DNA of 64,000 nucleotides, taken from assembly GCA_048538215.1 (NCBI GenBank), contig JBLYPV010000001.1, positions 75,495 to 139,494 of the forward strand, read 5' to 3'. This DNA is from Patescibacteria group bacterium. GTDB lineage: Bacteria > Patescibacteriota > Minisyncoccia > Phycocordibacterales > GCA-2747955. Made by a program: the position numbers and the translations under genes. Below, in pieces: positions 1 through 9,940 of the stretch. The notes beneath the pieces were generated by a model. The model made no database searches, was not told where the DNA came from, and saw only the letters and a list, made by a program, of their open reading frames with translations. How positions within the stretch are numbered: the stretch's first letter is position 1; each line of letters begins with the position of its first letter.

Positions 1-2
1 GC

Positions 3-227
3 ATAGCGGGCCAAATAGGTGGCTTGCAAAAGATGATCGATCAGGAAAAATATTGTGTAGATATTATCACCCAATCTTCTGCAATACGGAGTGCACTTTC
101 AGCTCTTGAAGATCAGATGCTTGAAAATCACCTCTCGGAGCATGTGATACATCAGATGCAAAAGGGTGAATCAGATTTAGCAATTGAGGAAATTATTACT
201 ATCTTTAAAAAATCAAAGAAAAAATAA
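3..227 (+). CDS. csoR: CsoR/RcnR family metal-sensing repressor (5' end outside window)
   Basis: Frame reads IAGQIGGLQKMIDQEKYCVDIITQ...LENHLSEHV, a CsoR-like signature; heads a copper cluster. Confidence 0.85.
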   Translation: MAGQIGGLQKMIDQEKYCVDIITQSSAIRSALSALEDQMLENHLSEHVIHQMQKGESDLAIEEIITIFKKSKKK

Positions 228-229
228 TT

Positions 230-706
230 ATGAAAAATAAATACAATATGAGCATTATCGTCTTGCTCGTGTTTATTGCGGGGCTTATCTTGGGGTACTT
301 ATTTGCTAATAATAAGCTATATCCAGGGTATATGATGAACAGCTCACATATAGATCAAGGCTTGTATGATTATTCTCCTGTTGAGAACAAAAATGAAATT
401 GAATTTTCAATAGAGCAAGAAGATGAATACACATATGATGATTTGGTGGCCAATGATGGAGAGCTCCAGCATATGATGGATGAAATGATGTTGATTGGGC
501 GCGGTAAAGAGGGGCAGGCATATGAGGAGGCTTGGTTGCGGGGGATGATTGCACATCACTTGGGAGCAATCGAAATGTCTAAAACATTACTAGAGCACAC
601 AAAGCGACCAGAATTACAAGAATTAGCAAATAATACTATCAATAATCAGTCTACCGAAATATCCCAAATGAAGGCATGGCTTGGAGATTGGTATAACAAT
701 GATTAA
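230..706 (+). CDS. DUF305 domain (CopM-like) exported metal-binding protein
   Basis: N-terminal TM segment; MIAHHLGAIEMS...Q..EI.QM..W motif. Confidence 0.8.
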   Translation: MKNKYNMSIIVLLVFIAGLILGYLFANNKLYPGYMMNSSHIDQGLYDYSPVENKNEIEFSIEQEDEYTYDDLVANDGELQHMMDEMMLIGRGKEGQAYEEAWLRGMIAHHLGAIEMSKTLLEHTKRPELQELANNTINNQSTEISQMKAWLGDWYNND

Positions 707-707
707 T

Positions 708-1187
708 ATGAAGACAAGTATTAGTGTATTAGCAATCGCAGGAATCGCTCTCATCGCGACAATAGCAAGTGGGACTTTCTCTACAAAAACTATTTTAGAT
801 GACAATAAGGAGCAGGTAGCGGAAGCTGTAATTTATAAATCCCCGAGTTGTGGTTGTTGTGGCAAGTATGCAGCATATTTACGAGAGGAAGATTATGATA
901 TTACTATTGAGGGGAAAAGAGATATGCAAGCAATCAAAGAGCAATTCCTTATTCCTTATGAAGTAGAAAGCTGTCATACAATGAAGATAGCGGGGTATGT
1001 AGTGGAAGGACATATACCAGAGCTCGTGATCAAAAAGCTACTTTCAGAGAAGCCAGATATTGCAGGTATAGGTATGGCGGGAATGCCATCAGGCTCACCA
1101 GGAATGCCCGGAATTAAAAATGCTGATTTTATCATATATACCATTACTCACGATGGCAAGAGAGGTGAGGTATATATGACTATTTAA
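708..1187 (+). CDS. DUF411 domain (CopG-like) protein
   Basis: YKSPSCGCC, SCHT, EGHIP, GMPSGSPGM motifs; start moved to ATG 708 after the previous stop. Confidence 0.85.
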   Translation: MKTSISVLAIAGIALIATIASGTFSTKTILDDNKEQVAEAVIYKSPSCGCCGKYAAYLREEDYDITIEGKRDMQAIKEQFLIPYEVESCHTMKIAGYVVEGHIPELVIKKLLSEKPDIAGIGMAGMPSGSPGMPGIKNADFIIYTITHDGKRGEVYMTI

Positions 1188-1216
1188 TTGTTATTAATTG
1201 TTAATAGTAAATTGCT

Positions 1217-1600
1217 ATGAATTACGGATATAAAAAACAAGTAGGCGTGGCGTACGACGAGGCAATAGAGCGGGTGAAGATGGAATTAACAAAAGAAGGA
1301 TTTGGGGTATTGAGCGAGATAGATGTGCAAGCCACCCTCAAAAAGAAATTAGATGTTGATTACGATAAGTATATAATTCTTGGAGCTTGTAATCCTTCTT
1401 TTGCCCATCAAGCTCTTTTAAGTGAGCCAGATATTGGATTGTTACTACCTTGTAATGTTGTGGTTTATGAAAGAGATGGAGCAGTCTTTGTTTCTGCGAT
1501 ACGGCCACAGGTAGCTATGAGTGTGGTAGATAGTAATGGATTAGAATCTATCGCTCAAGAAGTGGAGAGTAAATTAATACGAGTGATTGATAATCTATAA
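1217..1600 (+). CDS. DUF302 domain protein
   Basis: GFGVLSEIDVQATLKKKL, ILGACNP, GLLLPCNVVV. Confidence 0.9.
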   Translation: MNYGYKKQVGVAYDEAIERVKMELTKEGFGVLSEIDVQATLKKKLDVDYDKYIILGACNPSFAHQALLSEPDIGLLLPCNVVVYERDGAVFVSAIRPQVAMSVVDSNGLESIAQEVESKLIRVIDNL

Positions 1601-1609
1601 ATATATAGT

Positions 1610-3610
1610 ATGACAACAAAAGATACCAAGCATAAGCACCATGGTGGGATAGGGATGGGGCATGGCTCTGCAGATCAATATTTGAAGCGGTTTTGGATTG
1701 TCACCTTTTTGCTTATCCCTCTTATATTTGCCAATGAAGGGATAGTCCAATTTTTGGGAATACCAGTATTGCCATATGCAAAGTGGATTGGGTTTGGTAT
1801 CGCTACAATTATTTTTGGCTTTTCTCTTGTGTTTTTCGAGCACGCTCTGCATGAGATACGGGCACGTAAGTATGGAATGATGACCCTCGTATCTCTTGCA
1901 GTGGGGGCTGGCTATCTTTTTTCGGTAGCTTCTACTTTTATTCCTGCACTGGAGGTAGAATTTTATCTTGAAATATCATCACTTATATGGGTACTTTTGT
2001 TTGGGCATTATCTAGAAGCAAAATCGAGCAGTATCGCAGGAAATGCCCTACAAGAGGTGGCAAAATTATTGCCCAAAAAGGCTCATAGATTGATTGGTGA
2101 TAAAGAAGAGGATGTAGACACCGCTGAGCTAAGAGAGGGAGATAGGGTGCTTGTTAAGCCAGGTGAAAAGATTCCAGCCGACGGCGTGATAGAAGAAGGG
2201 CGAGCTTTTACAGATGAATCGCATATTAGTGGTGAATCAATTCCAGTAGAAAAGAAAGTGGGCGATAGCGTCATTGCAGGTGCAATATGCTTGGATGGAT
2301 CTCTCACTATTGTTCTTTCTCGAGTCGGTGAGGATTCTACTATAGGGCAAATTCAAAATCTTATAGTACAAGCCCAAGCAACAAAGCCTCGTTCTCAAAA
2401 AATTGCAGATAAAGCTTCTGCTGTGCTTACGCTTGTGGCGGGGATTACTGCACTTCTTACTATCCTGGTATGGTCGGTCTTTTTAGGCGAATCATTTGTA
2501 TTTGCAATCACTCTCGGTATTACTGTCCTGGTAATTGCCTGCCCGCATGCGCTCGGCTTGGCTATTCCTACAGTCACCACTATTACCACATCCTTAGCGA
2601 TAAAAAATGGTGTCTTTATTAAGGATCTTTCAAAAATAGAGCTAATAAAAAAAGCTGATTATATTGTGTTTGATAAAACAGGTACTCTCACGGAGGGTAC
2701 ATTTGCTGTAAGAGATATAATTTCAATTGCTCATATTTCTGTAGATGAATTGATGGCTATTGCTACTTCTATAGAGAAACATTCTTCCCACATTATTGGG
2801 CAGGCGATCGTAAAGTATGCCCAAGAGCGGAAGATACATCATAAAGAAGCAAGAGAAGTGCAAAATATTGCAGGAAAAGGTATTACTGCAAAAATTGATG
2901 GGGTGAGGTATGCAGCTGGTAATCGTGCTCTTATGTATGAGCTAGATATTGCAAGTGAAGAAGCTGAGCAAAGAGCAGACAAGCTTGCCAAGCGTGGAGA
3001 AACGGTGATTTATCTTGCAGATGAAGAAAAAGTGATTGGTATCGTGGCTCTTGCCGATAGTATCAAAGCTTCGTCATACGAAGCGGTGCGGGAGCTCCAT
3101 AGCTTGGGAATACAGGTGGCTATGCTTACAGGTGATACTAAACAAGTAGCTCAAGGAGTAGCAGATGAGCTTGGGATAGATAGCTACTTTGCAGAGGTGT
3201 TGCCAGAAGATAAGTATACTCATATCAAAAAGCTTCAAGAGGAGGGAAACACGGTACTTATGGTGGGTGATGGGGTAAACGATGCTCCTGCGCTCACCCA
3301 AGCAGATGTAGGTATTGCAATTGGCGCAGGTACTGATGTGGCAGTGGAAGCAGGAGATGTAATTTTGACACGAAATAATCCACTTGATGTTGTACGCCTA
3401 GTCAAGCTTTCTCGGGCAGTCTATATCAAGATGATTCAAAATTTGGCTTGGGCATTGGGATACAATATTATTGCTATTCCAGCTGCTGCTGGTGTCTTTG
3501 CCTTTTGGGGATTCTTTTTACGCCCTGAAGTAGGGGCGCTTCTTATGAGTCTCTCGACCGTCATTGTGGTCATCAATGCTATGACACTCAAGCGAATTAA
3601 ATTATCATAA
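1610..3610 (+). CDS. copB: Copper-translocating P1B-type ATPase (CopB-like)
   Basis: His-rich N-terminus, CPH in TM, DKTGT, GDGVNDAP, YN motif. Confidence 0.9.
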   Translation: MTTKDTKHKHHGGIGMGHGSADQYLKRFWIVTFLLIPLIFANEGIVQFLGIPVLPYAKWIGFGIATIIFGFSLVFFEHALHEIRARKYGMMTLVSLAVGAGYLFSVASTFIPALEVEFYLEISSLIWVLLFGHYLEAKSSSIAGNALQEVAKLLPKKAHRLIGDKEEDVDTAELREGDRVLVKPGEKIPADGVIEEGRAFTDESHISGESIPVEKKVGDSVIAGAICLDGSLTIVLSRVGEDSTIGQIQNLIVQAQATKPRSQKIADKASAVLTLVAGITALLTILVWSVFLGESFVFAITLGITVLVIACPHALGLAIPTVTTITTSLAIKNGVFIKDLSKIELIKKADYIVFDKTGTLTEGTFAVRDIISIAHISVDELMAIATSIEKHSSHIIGQAIVKYAQERKIHHKEAREVQNIAGKGITAKIDGVRYAAGNRALMYELDIASEEAEQRADKLAKRGETVIYLADEEKVIGIVALADSIKASSYEAVRELHSLGIQVAMLTGDTKQVAQGVADELGIDSYFAEVLPEDKYTHIKKLQEEGNTVLMVGDGVNDAPALTQADVGIAIGAGTDVAVEAGDVILTRNNPLDVVRLVKLSRAVYIKMIQNLAWALGYNIIAIPAAAGVFAFWGFFLRPEVGALLMSLSTVIVVINAMTLKRIKLS

Positions 3611-3617
3611 TAGCTAA

Positions 3618-4208
3618 TTATAAATTATCTCGATTTCTTAATTTTCTATAGCGAAAGCAATCAGTAGTGTGATCGTGTACCATACCAACAGCCTGCATAT
3701 ACGAATACATAATAGTGGGCCCCACAAAGCTGAAGCCATGTTTTTTTAAATCTTTGCTAATTCTTTGTGATAATTCGGTCTGGGCTGGCACTTCTTCTGC
3801 ACTTTGCCAAGTATTATAGATAGGAGATCCACCAACAAAGCTCCATAGATAATCACTAAAACTACCGTATCCTTCTTGTATATTAAGAAAAGCTTGGGCA
3901 TTAGTGATAGCTGAATTAATTTTGCGTGCATTACGAATAATATTCTTATTGCTCATAAGCTGGGCGATCTTTTGTTTATCATATTTTGCTATTTTGTGTG
4001 GGTCAAAATTATCAAATGCTTGTCGGTAAGCTTCTCGTTTCCCGAGAACGGTGCGCCAGGATAATCCAGCTTGAGCTCCTTCAAGGATAAGAAGCTCAAA
4101 AAGTAAGGTATCGCTATCTGTGGGTACGCCCCATTGAGTGTCGTGATACTCGCACATAACAGCATCTTCTTCGCTGGCCCAGGCACATCGAATACTTTGA
4201 TCTTTCAT
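3618..4208 (-). CDS. tag: DNA-3-methyladenine glycosylase I
   Basis: RCAW, YHDTQWG, EGAQAGLSW, FVGPTI, H...C. Confidence 0.93.
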   Translation of the reverse strand: MKDQSIRCAWASEEDAVMCEYHDTQWGVPTDSDTLLFELLILEGAQAGLSWRTVLGKREAYRQAFDNFDPHKIAKYDKQKIAQLMSNKNIIRNARKINSAITNAQAFLNIQEGYGSFSDYLWSFVGGSPIYNTWQSAEEVPAQTELSQRISKDLKKHGFSFVGPTIMYSYMQAVGMVHDHTTDCFRYRKLRNRDNL

Positions 4209-4326
4209 ATATTAATTATCATACAACACCGATAAGGAGAGTCTATAGATTGAAAAAATATATATTTGTAGTATAGTTTTTGTGAAGGGTAATTGCTAAT
4301 TTTGGTATATACAAGGAGGGATCGAG

Positions 4327-4653
4327 ATGACTTATATCCAGCAGGTGCGAGCGCGCTTGATTATCACTTTTGAGCCTCAGGGCTCGAAGAGTGATGCGGG
4401 AGCCCTTTATGCTCACGGAGGATATGAAAAAAGTGGGGCAACCGTGCCTCTCAAGAGACAGGGTGATAGGCTCACCCTTTACTTCGGAGAGCTCAAGGGA
4501 GAGCCGATCAACATCACCTTCGATGTCCTCGAAGTCGATAATGATTTTGGCTACTATGCTTATCTCCTACACTGTAGAATGCTCGAGGGAGCCAGGCTGG
4601 CTCTTCACAGGAATTTCAAGGCGTGTGGATTTGAGCGAGTAGAAAATTCCTAG
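4327..4653 (+). CDS. Hypothetical protein (orphan)
   Basis: 108-aa ORF with AAGGAGG RBS and a downstream terminator. Confidence 0.6.
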   Translation: MTYIQQVRARLIITFEPQGSKSDAGALYAHGGYEKSGATVPLKRQGDRLTLYFGELKGEPINITFDVLEVDNDFGYYAYLLHCRMLEGARLALHRNFKACGFERVENS

Positions 4654-4683
4654 TTTAGACTAGGAGTAGCCCTAAAAAATGAC

Positions 4684-4713
4684 GGGCGCCCACAGATGAT
4701 GTGGGCGCTTTTT
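4684..4713 (+). terminator. Intrinsic terminator
   Basis: GGGCGCCCACA-gatga-TGTGGGCGCTT followed by T run. Confidence 0.7.
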
Positions 4714-4780
4714 CTTTGGCTACTAGCGCATAAAGGCTAGAGGGTCTAAGCATTCGAAGAAAGTGGGGGATAAGTGGGTA

Positions 4781-4809
4781 TTGACAGTGAACATTCGTTC
4801 ACCTATACT
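4781..4809 (+). promoter_or_regulatory. Sigma70 promoter with LexA-type operator
   Basis: TTGACA (4781) - 17 bp - TATACT (4804); palindrome GTGAAC-attc-GTTCAC (4787-4802) in the spacer. Confidence 0.8.
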
Positions 4810-4833
4810 ACTACTATTCATTACTATATAAAT

Positions 4834-5397
4834 ATGGAAGAAAAAGCACAAATCATTCAATCATTTTATAAGCACAATAGGCGTATGCCAAGCTATGCAG
4901 AAATTTGTGAGCTCTTTGGCTATAAGAGCAAAAATGCTGCTGCCAAAATGGTACAAAAGCTTCAGCGATATGGTGTCTTAGAAAAAGATCCTACTGGTCG
5001 GCTCATTCCAAGTTTTAATCCTAGCTCTCTACGCTTACTTGGATATGTGGAAGCAGGCTTCCCATCGCCTGTAGAAGAGCAGGAGCTTGATACTATGACT
5101 CTCGATGATTGGCTTGTAAATGATGCTCTCGCTACATACATTCTCCGAGTCAAGGGAGATTCTATGATAGATGCCTCGATTGCTAATGGAGATTATATAC
5201 TTGTTGAGCGTACCCAGAATGTGCGTGTAGGTGATATTGTAGTGGCCTGTATTGATGGCGAATGGACGCTCAAATATCTTCGAGAAAAGAATGGTGCCCG
5301 CTATCTTGAGGCAGCTAATAGTGAATATGATGATATGTATCCACAAGAATCATTAGAAATTGAAGCTCGGGTAATTTCAGTCATTCGCAAGTATTAG
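4834..5397 (+). CDS. lexA: LexA-like repressor (wHTH + S24 peptidase, UmuD-like cleavage site)
   Basis: MPSYAEICELFGYKS wHTH; VEAGFPSP; RVKGDSM Ser; TLK Lys; start at ATG 4834 downstream of promoter. Confidence 0.85.
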   Translation: MEEKAQIIQSFYKHNRRMPSYAEICELFGYKSKNAAAKMVQKLQRYGVLEKDPTGRLIPSFNPSSLRLLGYVEAGFPSPVEEQELDTMTLDDWLVNDALATYILRVKGDSMIDASIANGDYILVERTQNVRVGDIVVACIDGEWTLKYLREKNGARYLEAANSEYDDMYPQESLEIEARVISVIRKY

Positions 5398-5464
5398 ATG
5401 AGGGGAAAGTATGATCATACAAGATGTAAAAGCCAGGCTTATATAGCAATAGCACATTAGATAT

Positions 5465-6745
5465 ATGAATAAAATAATTTTCCATATAGATGGGGATGCC
5501 TTTTTTGCATCCTGTGAGCAATCTACCAGGCTTGATTTGCGAGGCCGGGCGATTGCTGTGGGGCGTGAGCGGGGGGTGGCTACAGCATTTTCTTATGAAG
5601 CAAAAGCCATGGGGATTACTCGAGGGATGAGCGCTACAGAAATTGCTCGTGATTTTCCCAGCGTACTATTTATTTCTTCTGATTATCGCAAGTACGGCCT
5701 ATTTTCTACTCGAATGAATTGCATTACAAGGAAATATACAGAATTGATAGAACAGACCAGTATTGATGAGTGCTATGCAGATATGTCGGCAGTCGTTGTG
5801 GATACAGAGAAAGCCAAGGAGATAGCACTTAAGCTACAAAATGAGCTCTCTGTTAAATTAGGGCTTACTTTTTCGATTGGAATTGGTCCGAATAAAACAA
5901 TTGCAAAAATTGCCTCCAGTATGAATAAGCCACGAGGTATTACTCTCTTATTTCCCGATACCTTTGAGACAAATTTATATAATCTTAGCATTGATAAAGT
6001 AAGCGGGATTGGCCCCCAAAGCGCTATCAAATTTCATACAAAAAATATATATACTATTGGCCAATTTGTGGGGTGCAATGCAGTATGGGTGTATGAACAT
6101 TTTGCTAAGCCATTTGTGGAATTACATCGAGAGTTGCGAGGCCATTTTATACGAGAGCTTGAGCTTCTTCCCACAATACCTAAAAGTATTAGTAAGATCC
6201 GTGCCTTTAGTCCAGCCACTTCTTCTCAAGATATTTTGTATTCAGAATTTGTTCGTAATGCTGAGATAGTGGCGAGTAAATTATCGCACCTGAAATTGGA
6301 GGCAAAGCTTGTGGTATTTTCTATGAAGTGTGTAGATGGTACTCGTAGTAAACAAGAGGTACGCGCCGAATATCCCATTACAAGCTCATCTGACATTGTG
6401 GTGCATCTGAAACATATATTTAATCAATTATATGATAAGGATAAGCAATACCGATCTACTTCTGTAGCAGTATACAAACTAGGACCATTTGGGGCACAGC
6501 AATCATTGTTCACTAATAGTCGATCGGAGAGATATACACGAGAACGTATTGGTGATTTGCTTGCTGGTCTTACTAATCGTTTTGGTAAAGGGGCTGTAAG
6601 CTCGGCTAGTAGTATGGTAGCTCAAGCTCGTACGATACCGACAAGTGGGAGGAATAGTACGCCAACATCACAAAGAGGTACGCCACTTATTACAAATAAG
6701 GAAAATGGCCGAGCTCTTTATCTGCCATATCTAGGAAGAATCTGA
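5465..6745 (+). CDS. dinB: Y-family DNA polymerase (Pol IV/UmuC-like)
   Basis: HIDGDAFFASCE, SYEAK, SIDECY, AKIASSMNKPRG. Confidence 0.9.
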   Translation: MNKIIFHIDGDAFFASCEQSTRLDLRGRAIAVGRERGVATAFSYEAKAMGITRGMSATEIARDFPSVLFISSDYRKYGLFSTRMNCITRKYTELIEQTSIDECYADMSAVVVDTEKAKEIALKLQNELSVKLGLTFSIGIGPNKTIAKIASSMNKPRGITLLFPDTFETNLYNLSIDKVSGIGPQSAIKFHTKNIYTIGQFVGCNAVWVYEHFAKPFVELHRELRGHFIRELELLPTIPKSISKIRAFSPATSSQDILYSEFVRNAEIVASKLSHLKLEAKLVVFSMKCVDGTRSKQEVRAEYPITSSSDIVVHLKHIFNQLYDKDKQYRSTSVAVYKLGPFGAQQSLFTNSRSERYTRERIGDLLAGLTNRFGKGAVSSASSMVAQARTIPTSGRNSTPTSQRGTPLITNKENGRALYLPYLGRI

Positions 6746-6758
6746 TACAATAATCGGT

Positions 6759-7295
6759 ATGCATATCCGATCTCTTGTATCTCTGCGCGCTATTCTCTTG
6801 GCCATTACTACAGCACTTTTGGTATTTTTTGTTTTATTAAGTATCGGCTTATATCAACACATATGGATTATTATAGTGAGTGATATTTTTAGTGGAAGTA
6901 CCGCGTTGTATGCGATCTTATTACTTTATCTAAATCCAGCAAATAATCTCACTCTAGCTTCTCTTTTTGCACTAAGCACGGTGGCTCTTCTCTCTGCCAT
7001 ACAAGCGCTCTTGCTGTATTACATATATCGTGTGCGTAAAGAAAAGATGCCTATCACAAAAAGTATGGGGAAGAGGGGGATTATTCCCACCCTCCTAGTG
7101 GGGCTTGGTATGGGATGCTCTGCTTGTGGCTCGGTGGTGATCCTTTCTGTCCTTTCTGTTTTTGGTGTAAGTGTGGGAGTGGCTACTAGCACTTGGCTTA
7201 CCTATCTTTTATTATTTAGTGCTATCCTCATTTTAAGCTATTCTAATTATCGCTTGTATCAACAAAGCAAACATCCTTTGGCTTGCCCTATTTAA
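6759..7295 (+). CDS. Membrane protein with CxxC (GCSACG)
   Basis: Four hydrophobic segments, GMGCSACG, C-terminal CPI. Confidence 0.7.
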   Translation: MHIRSLVSLRAILLAITTALLVFFVLLSIGLYQHIWIIIVSDIFSGSTALYAILLLYLNPANNLTLASLFALSTVALLSAIQALLLYYIYRVRKEKMPITKSMGKRGIIPTLLVGLGMGCSACGSVVILSVLSVFGVSVGVATSTWLTYLLLFSAILILSYSNYRLYQQSKHPLACPI

Positions 7296-7313
7296 TGGGT
7301 ATAATGGGTGCTT

Positions 7314-7826
7314 ATGAAATACATAGTACGCAAATATTTACCAGAATGTGTGTATGGAGGTGTAGATGGCTTGGTGACTACTTTTGCTATCGTCACAGCT
7401 TCAATTGGTATTGGAGCGAGTGCGGGGACTATTCTAGTACTAGGGATAGCTAATGTGCTTGCCGATGCCTGGAGTATGGGATCATCGGATTATCTTTCAA
7501 GTCATAGTGAAGCCGATATGGGAGAAGGAAATCATGATGTGAAACCACCTTTTAATACAGCTTTTGCAACTTTTGCATCTTTTGTAATTATTGGCTTTGT
7601 GCCTCTTGTGCCATTTATTATTGCACTTTTTATACCAAGCTTTACTCTCTATGCTACCTGGACTGCCGTGGGAGCTACGATGATGACCTTTATATTGGTG
7701 GGATACATATCAGGAACTGTTAGTGGAGCAAGCCGGAAAAAATCAGCAATTAGAACTTTTATAGTAGGGGCAGTGGCAGCTATCATAGCTTTTGGTGTGG
7801 GCTATGTGCTTCGTGATTTGGCTTAG
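7314..7826 (+). CDS. VIT1/CCC1 family Fe/Mn transporter
   Basis: VYGGVDGLVTTFAIV, ANVLADAWSMG. Confidence 0.9.
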   Translation: MKYIVRKYLPECVYGGVDGLVTTFAIVTASIGIGASAGTILVLGIANVLADAWSMGSSDYLSSHSEADMGEGNHDVKPPFNTAFATFASFVIIGFVPLVPFIIALFIPSFTLYATWTAVGATMMTFILVGYISGTVSGASRKKSAIRTFIVGAVAAIIAFGVGYVLRDLA

Positions 7827-7890
7827 GGTGGCTTATTTTTTTAAAGTTTGAGAAGCTTCTGGTAAATAGGGAAGCTTTTTGTAATAAAAA

Positions 7891-7939
7891 ACTCGCGGTC
7901 CCGGAAAGCGTGCTTGCACGCTTTCCGGGCTCCGTGAGT
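7891..7939. repeat. Long GC-rich inverted repeat
   Basis: CCCGGAAAGCGTGC-tt-GCACGCTTTCCGGG (14-bp perfect arms) extended by ACTCGCGG/CCGTGAGT. Confidence 0.8.
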
Positions 7940-8197
7940 GGATGGTTCGGCTCCTGTGATTGAGGAGGAGCTCAGGGGGTAAGGATATAAAATGAGAAAC
8001 AAGCGAAAAAGAGAATCATCGCCCAAATGAGATCTATAAGAAACTCCTTGGGATTTTTTTGAAAAATTCTTTTTACCATTACGAAAATATTTTCTTTTTT
8101 CATTGCACTGCCCTCTATGCCTCAAGGTTCATACGGATTTTTATAAATCCGCTAAAACAATTATATATAATATGAATTATTTTGTCAAAATAGTGAC

Positions 8198-9439
8198 TTA
8201 GATACTATTGCCCGCCACAAAGCCAGTAGTCCAACATAATTGGAGAGAATAGCCACCTGATGGGCGATGTATGTTGAGCAAGTCACCAATGATATACAAC
8301 CCTTGATGCAAGGTGGATTCCATAGTCTGCATATGTATTTCAGACAGTGAAACACCCCCATCGGCAATAACGGCTCGGTCAAATCCCATTGTGCCGGTAA
8401 TCGGAAAGCGTATATCTTTGAGTGATTGTACCAAGCGCTTGCGATCCTCTTTCCCAAGATCTCCACTTGGGAGCTCGGCTCCCAAGTGGTTGTAATTGAT
8501 GATCTCTGTAGCGAGCTTTTTTGGTAGTAATTCGCTTAGTGTATTGAGGAGGGTTTTCTTAGGGTGAGTATCTAGTAGCTTACGGATGCGCTTATCAAGT
8601 AGGTCGAGCTCTGTATCGGGATATAAATCGATTGAGCACTCCACATCAGTGTACCAAGAGAGTAGCTCAGATACCTTATGGCTTATATTAAGAATCATTG
8701 GGCCGGAAATACCAAAATGTGTAAATAAGACTTTGCCCTTTATGTTTATTTTTTGCTTACGATCGGCGTAGAAGCGTACCTTTGCAAAGGACCAATCGAT
8801 GCCCGCAAGACGGTGGAGCCATTTAGCATTTGTCTTGAGGGGCACGATGCTGGGATTGGGCTTGGCGATAGTGTGGCCTTACGATGCAAGCCAAGAAAAG
8901 CCATCGCCGGTAGAGCCAGTCTCAGGAGCAGCGTAGCCACCCGTGGAGAGAATAAGCTTTGATGCTTGAAATGTGCCCTTACTTGTTGCTACTTGCCATA
9001 GGGTATCTTTTTTAGTGATTGTTTTTACTTGGTGATTTATTTGTATCTCGACACCACTTTCTCGGCAATAGCTCTGCATTGTGGTGGTCACATCTAAAGC
9101 TCGTTCGCTTCGTGGGAACATACGTGTACGAGCTTGGGTGACAAGTGGTAGACCTTTGGATTCAAAAAAATTAATAGTGTGCTGGACATTAAATATAGAA
9201 AAGGGAGTATAGAGATATTTTTTTGCACTTGGAAAACTTTCTAAAAAATCCTTGAAGTCGAGCTTGTGATTGGTGATATTGCATCGCCCACCTCCGGTAA
9301 TGGAAAGCTTTTTGCCCACCTTGCTATTTTTTTCTAGGAGGAGGACTCGCTTACCTCGCTCGCTTGCTCGACCAGCAGCCATCATGCCCGCTGGCCCAGC
9401 CCCAATCACAATAACATCATAGATTTGGGCGTTTTTCAT
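8198..9439 (-). pseudogene. HI0933/BaiN-family flavoprotein interrupted by one in-frame TAA
   Basis: GAGPAGMMAA, GKKLSITGGGRCN, TGSTGDG, LFTHFGISGP, GGYSLQ; both ORFs share a frame, separated by TAA at 8879-8881 (WLAS*GHTI). Confidence 0.8.
8463..8489. repeat. REP-like palindrome, copy 1 (intragenic)
   Basis: CCACTTGGGAGCTCGGCTCCCAAGTGG; same core at 15280 and 22418. Confidence 0.9.
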
Positions 9440-9559
9440 AATGCTTGCATTGTAGCAAATTTCAAAGCTAATACTCTATCTAACTAAATAAGCAGATAAG
9501 TACTGGAGCTTGCAATTTAAGGTGAAATCTGTATAGTGCCGATACATAATTCAAAAACT

Positions 9560-9892
9560 ATGGAAAAATTTGCAGTAATTAAGACAGGAGGTAAGCAGTA
9601 TCGGGTACAGGAGGGAGATATGCTCAAGGTAGAGCTACTTGGTGGCATTACTACTGAGCACGAAGCAGGGGAGAAAATGGTATTCGATGAAGTGCTTCTT
9701 ATTGATGATGGATCAAATATTAAGGTGGGGACACCCATTCTCGATGGTGCTCAAGTAGAAGCAGAATTTGTCGATCGAGTGAAAGGCAAGAAGCTTCGTA
9801 TTCAAAAATTTAAATCTAAATCAAATTACGACAAGGTGATAGGCCATCGACAGAAGTTTGACGAAATAAAAATTACTAAAATTGTTGATTAA
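9560..9892 (+). CDS. rplU: 50S ribosomal protein L21
   Basis: FAVIKTGGKQYRV...GHRQ. Confidence 0.95.
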   Translation: MEKFAVIKTGGKQYRVQEGDMLKVELLGGITTEHEAGEKMVFDEVLLIDDGSNIKVGTPILDGAQVEAEFVDRVKGKKLRIQKFKSKSNYDKVIGHRQKFDEIKITKIVD

Positions 9893-9940
9893 GTATAATC
9901 CCGCCTCAGGCGGGATTTGCTATACTACTCTTTTGTGAAG

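Noticed and set aside
7841-8125. 94-aa minus-strand ORF
   Set aside because: No plausible protein features and it crosses a large hairpin.
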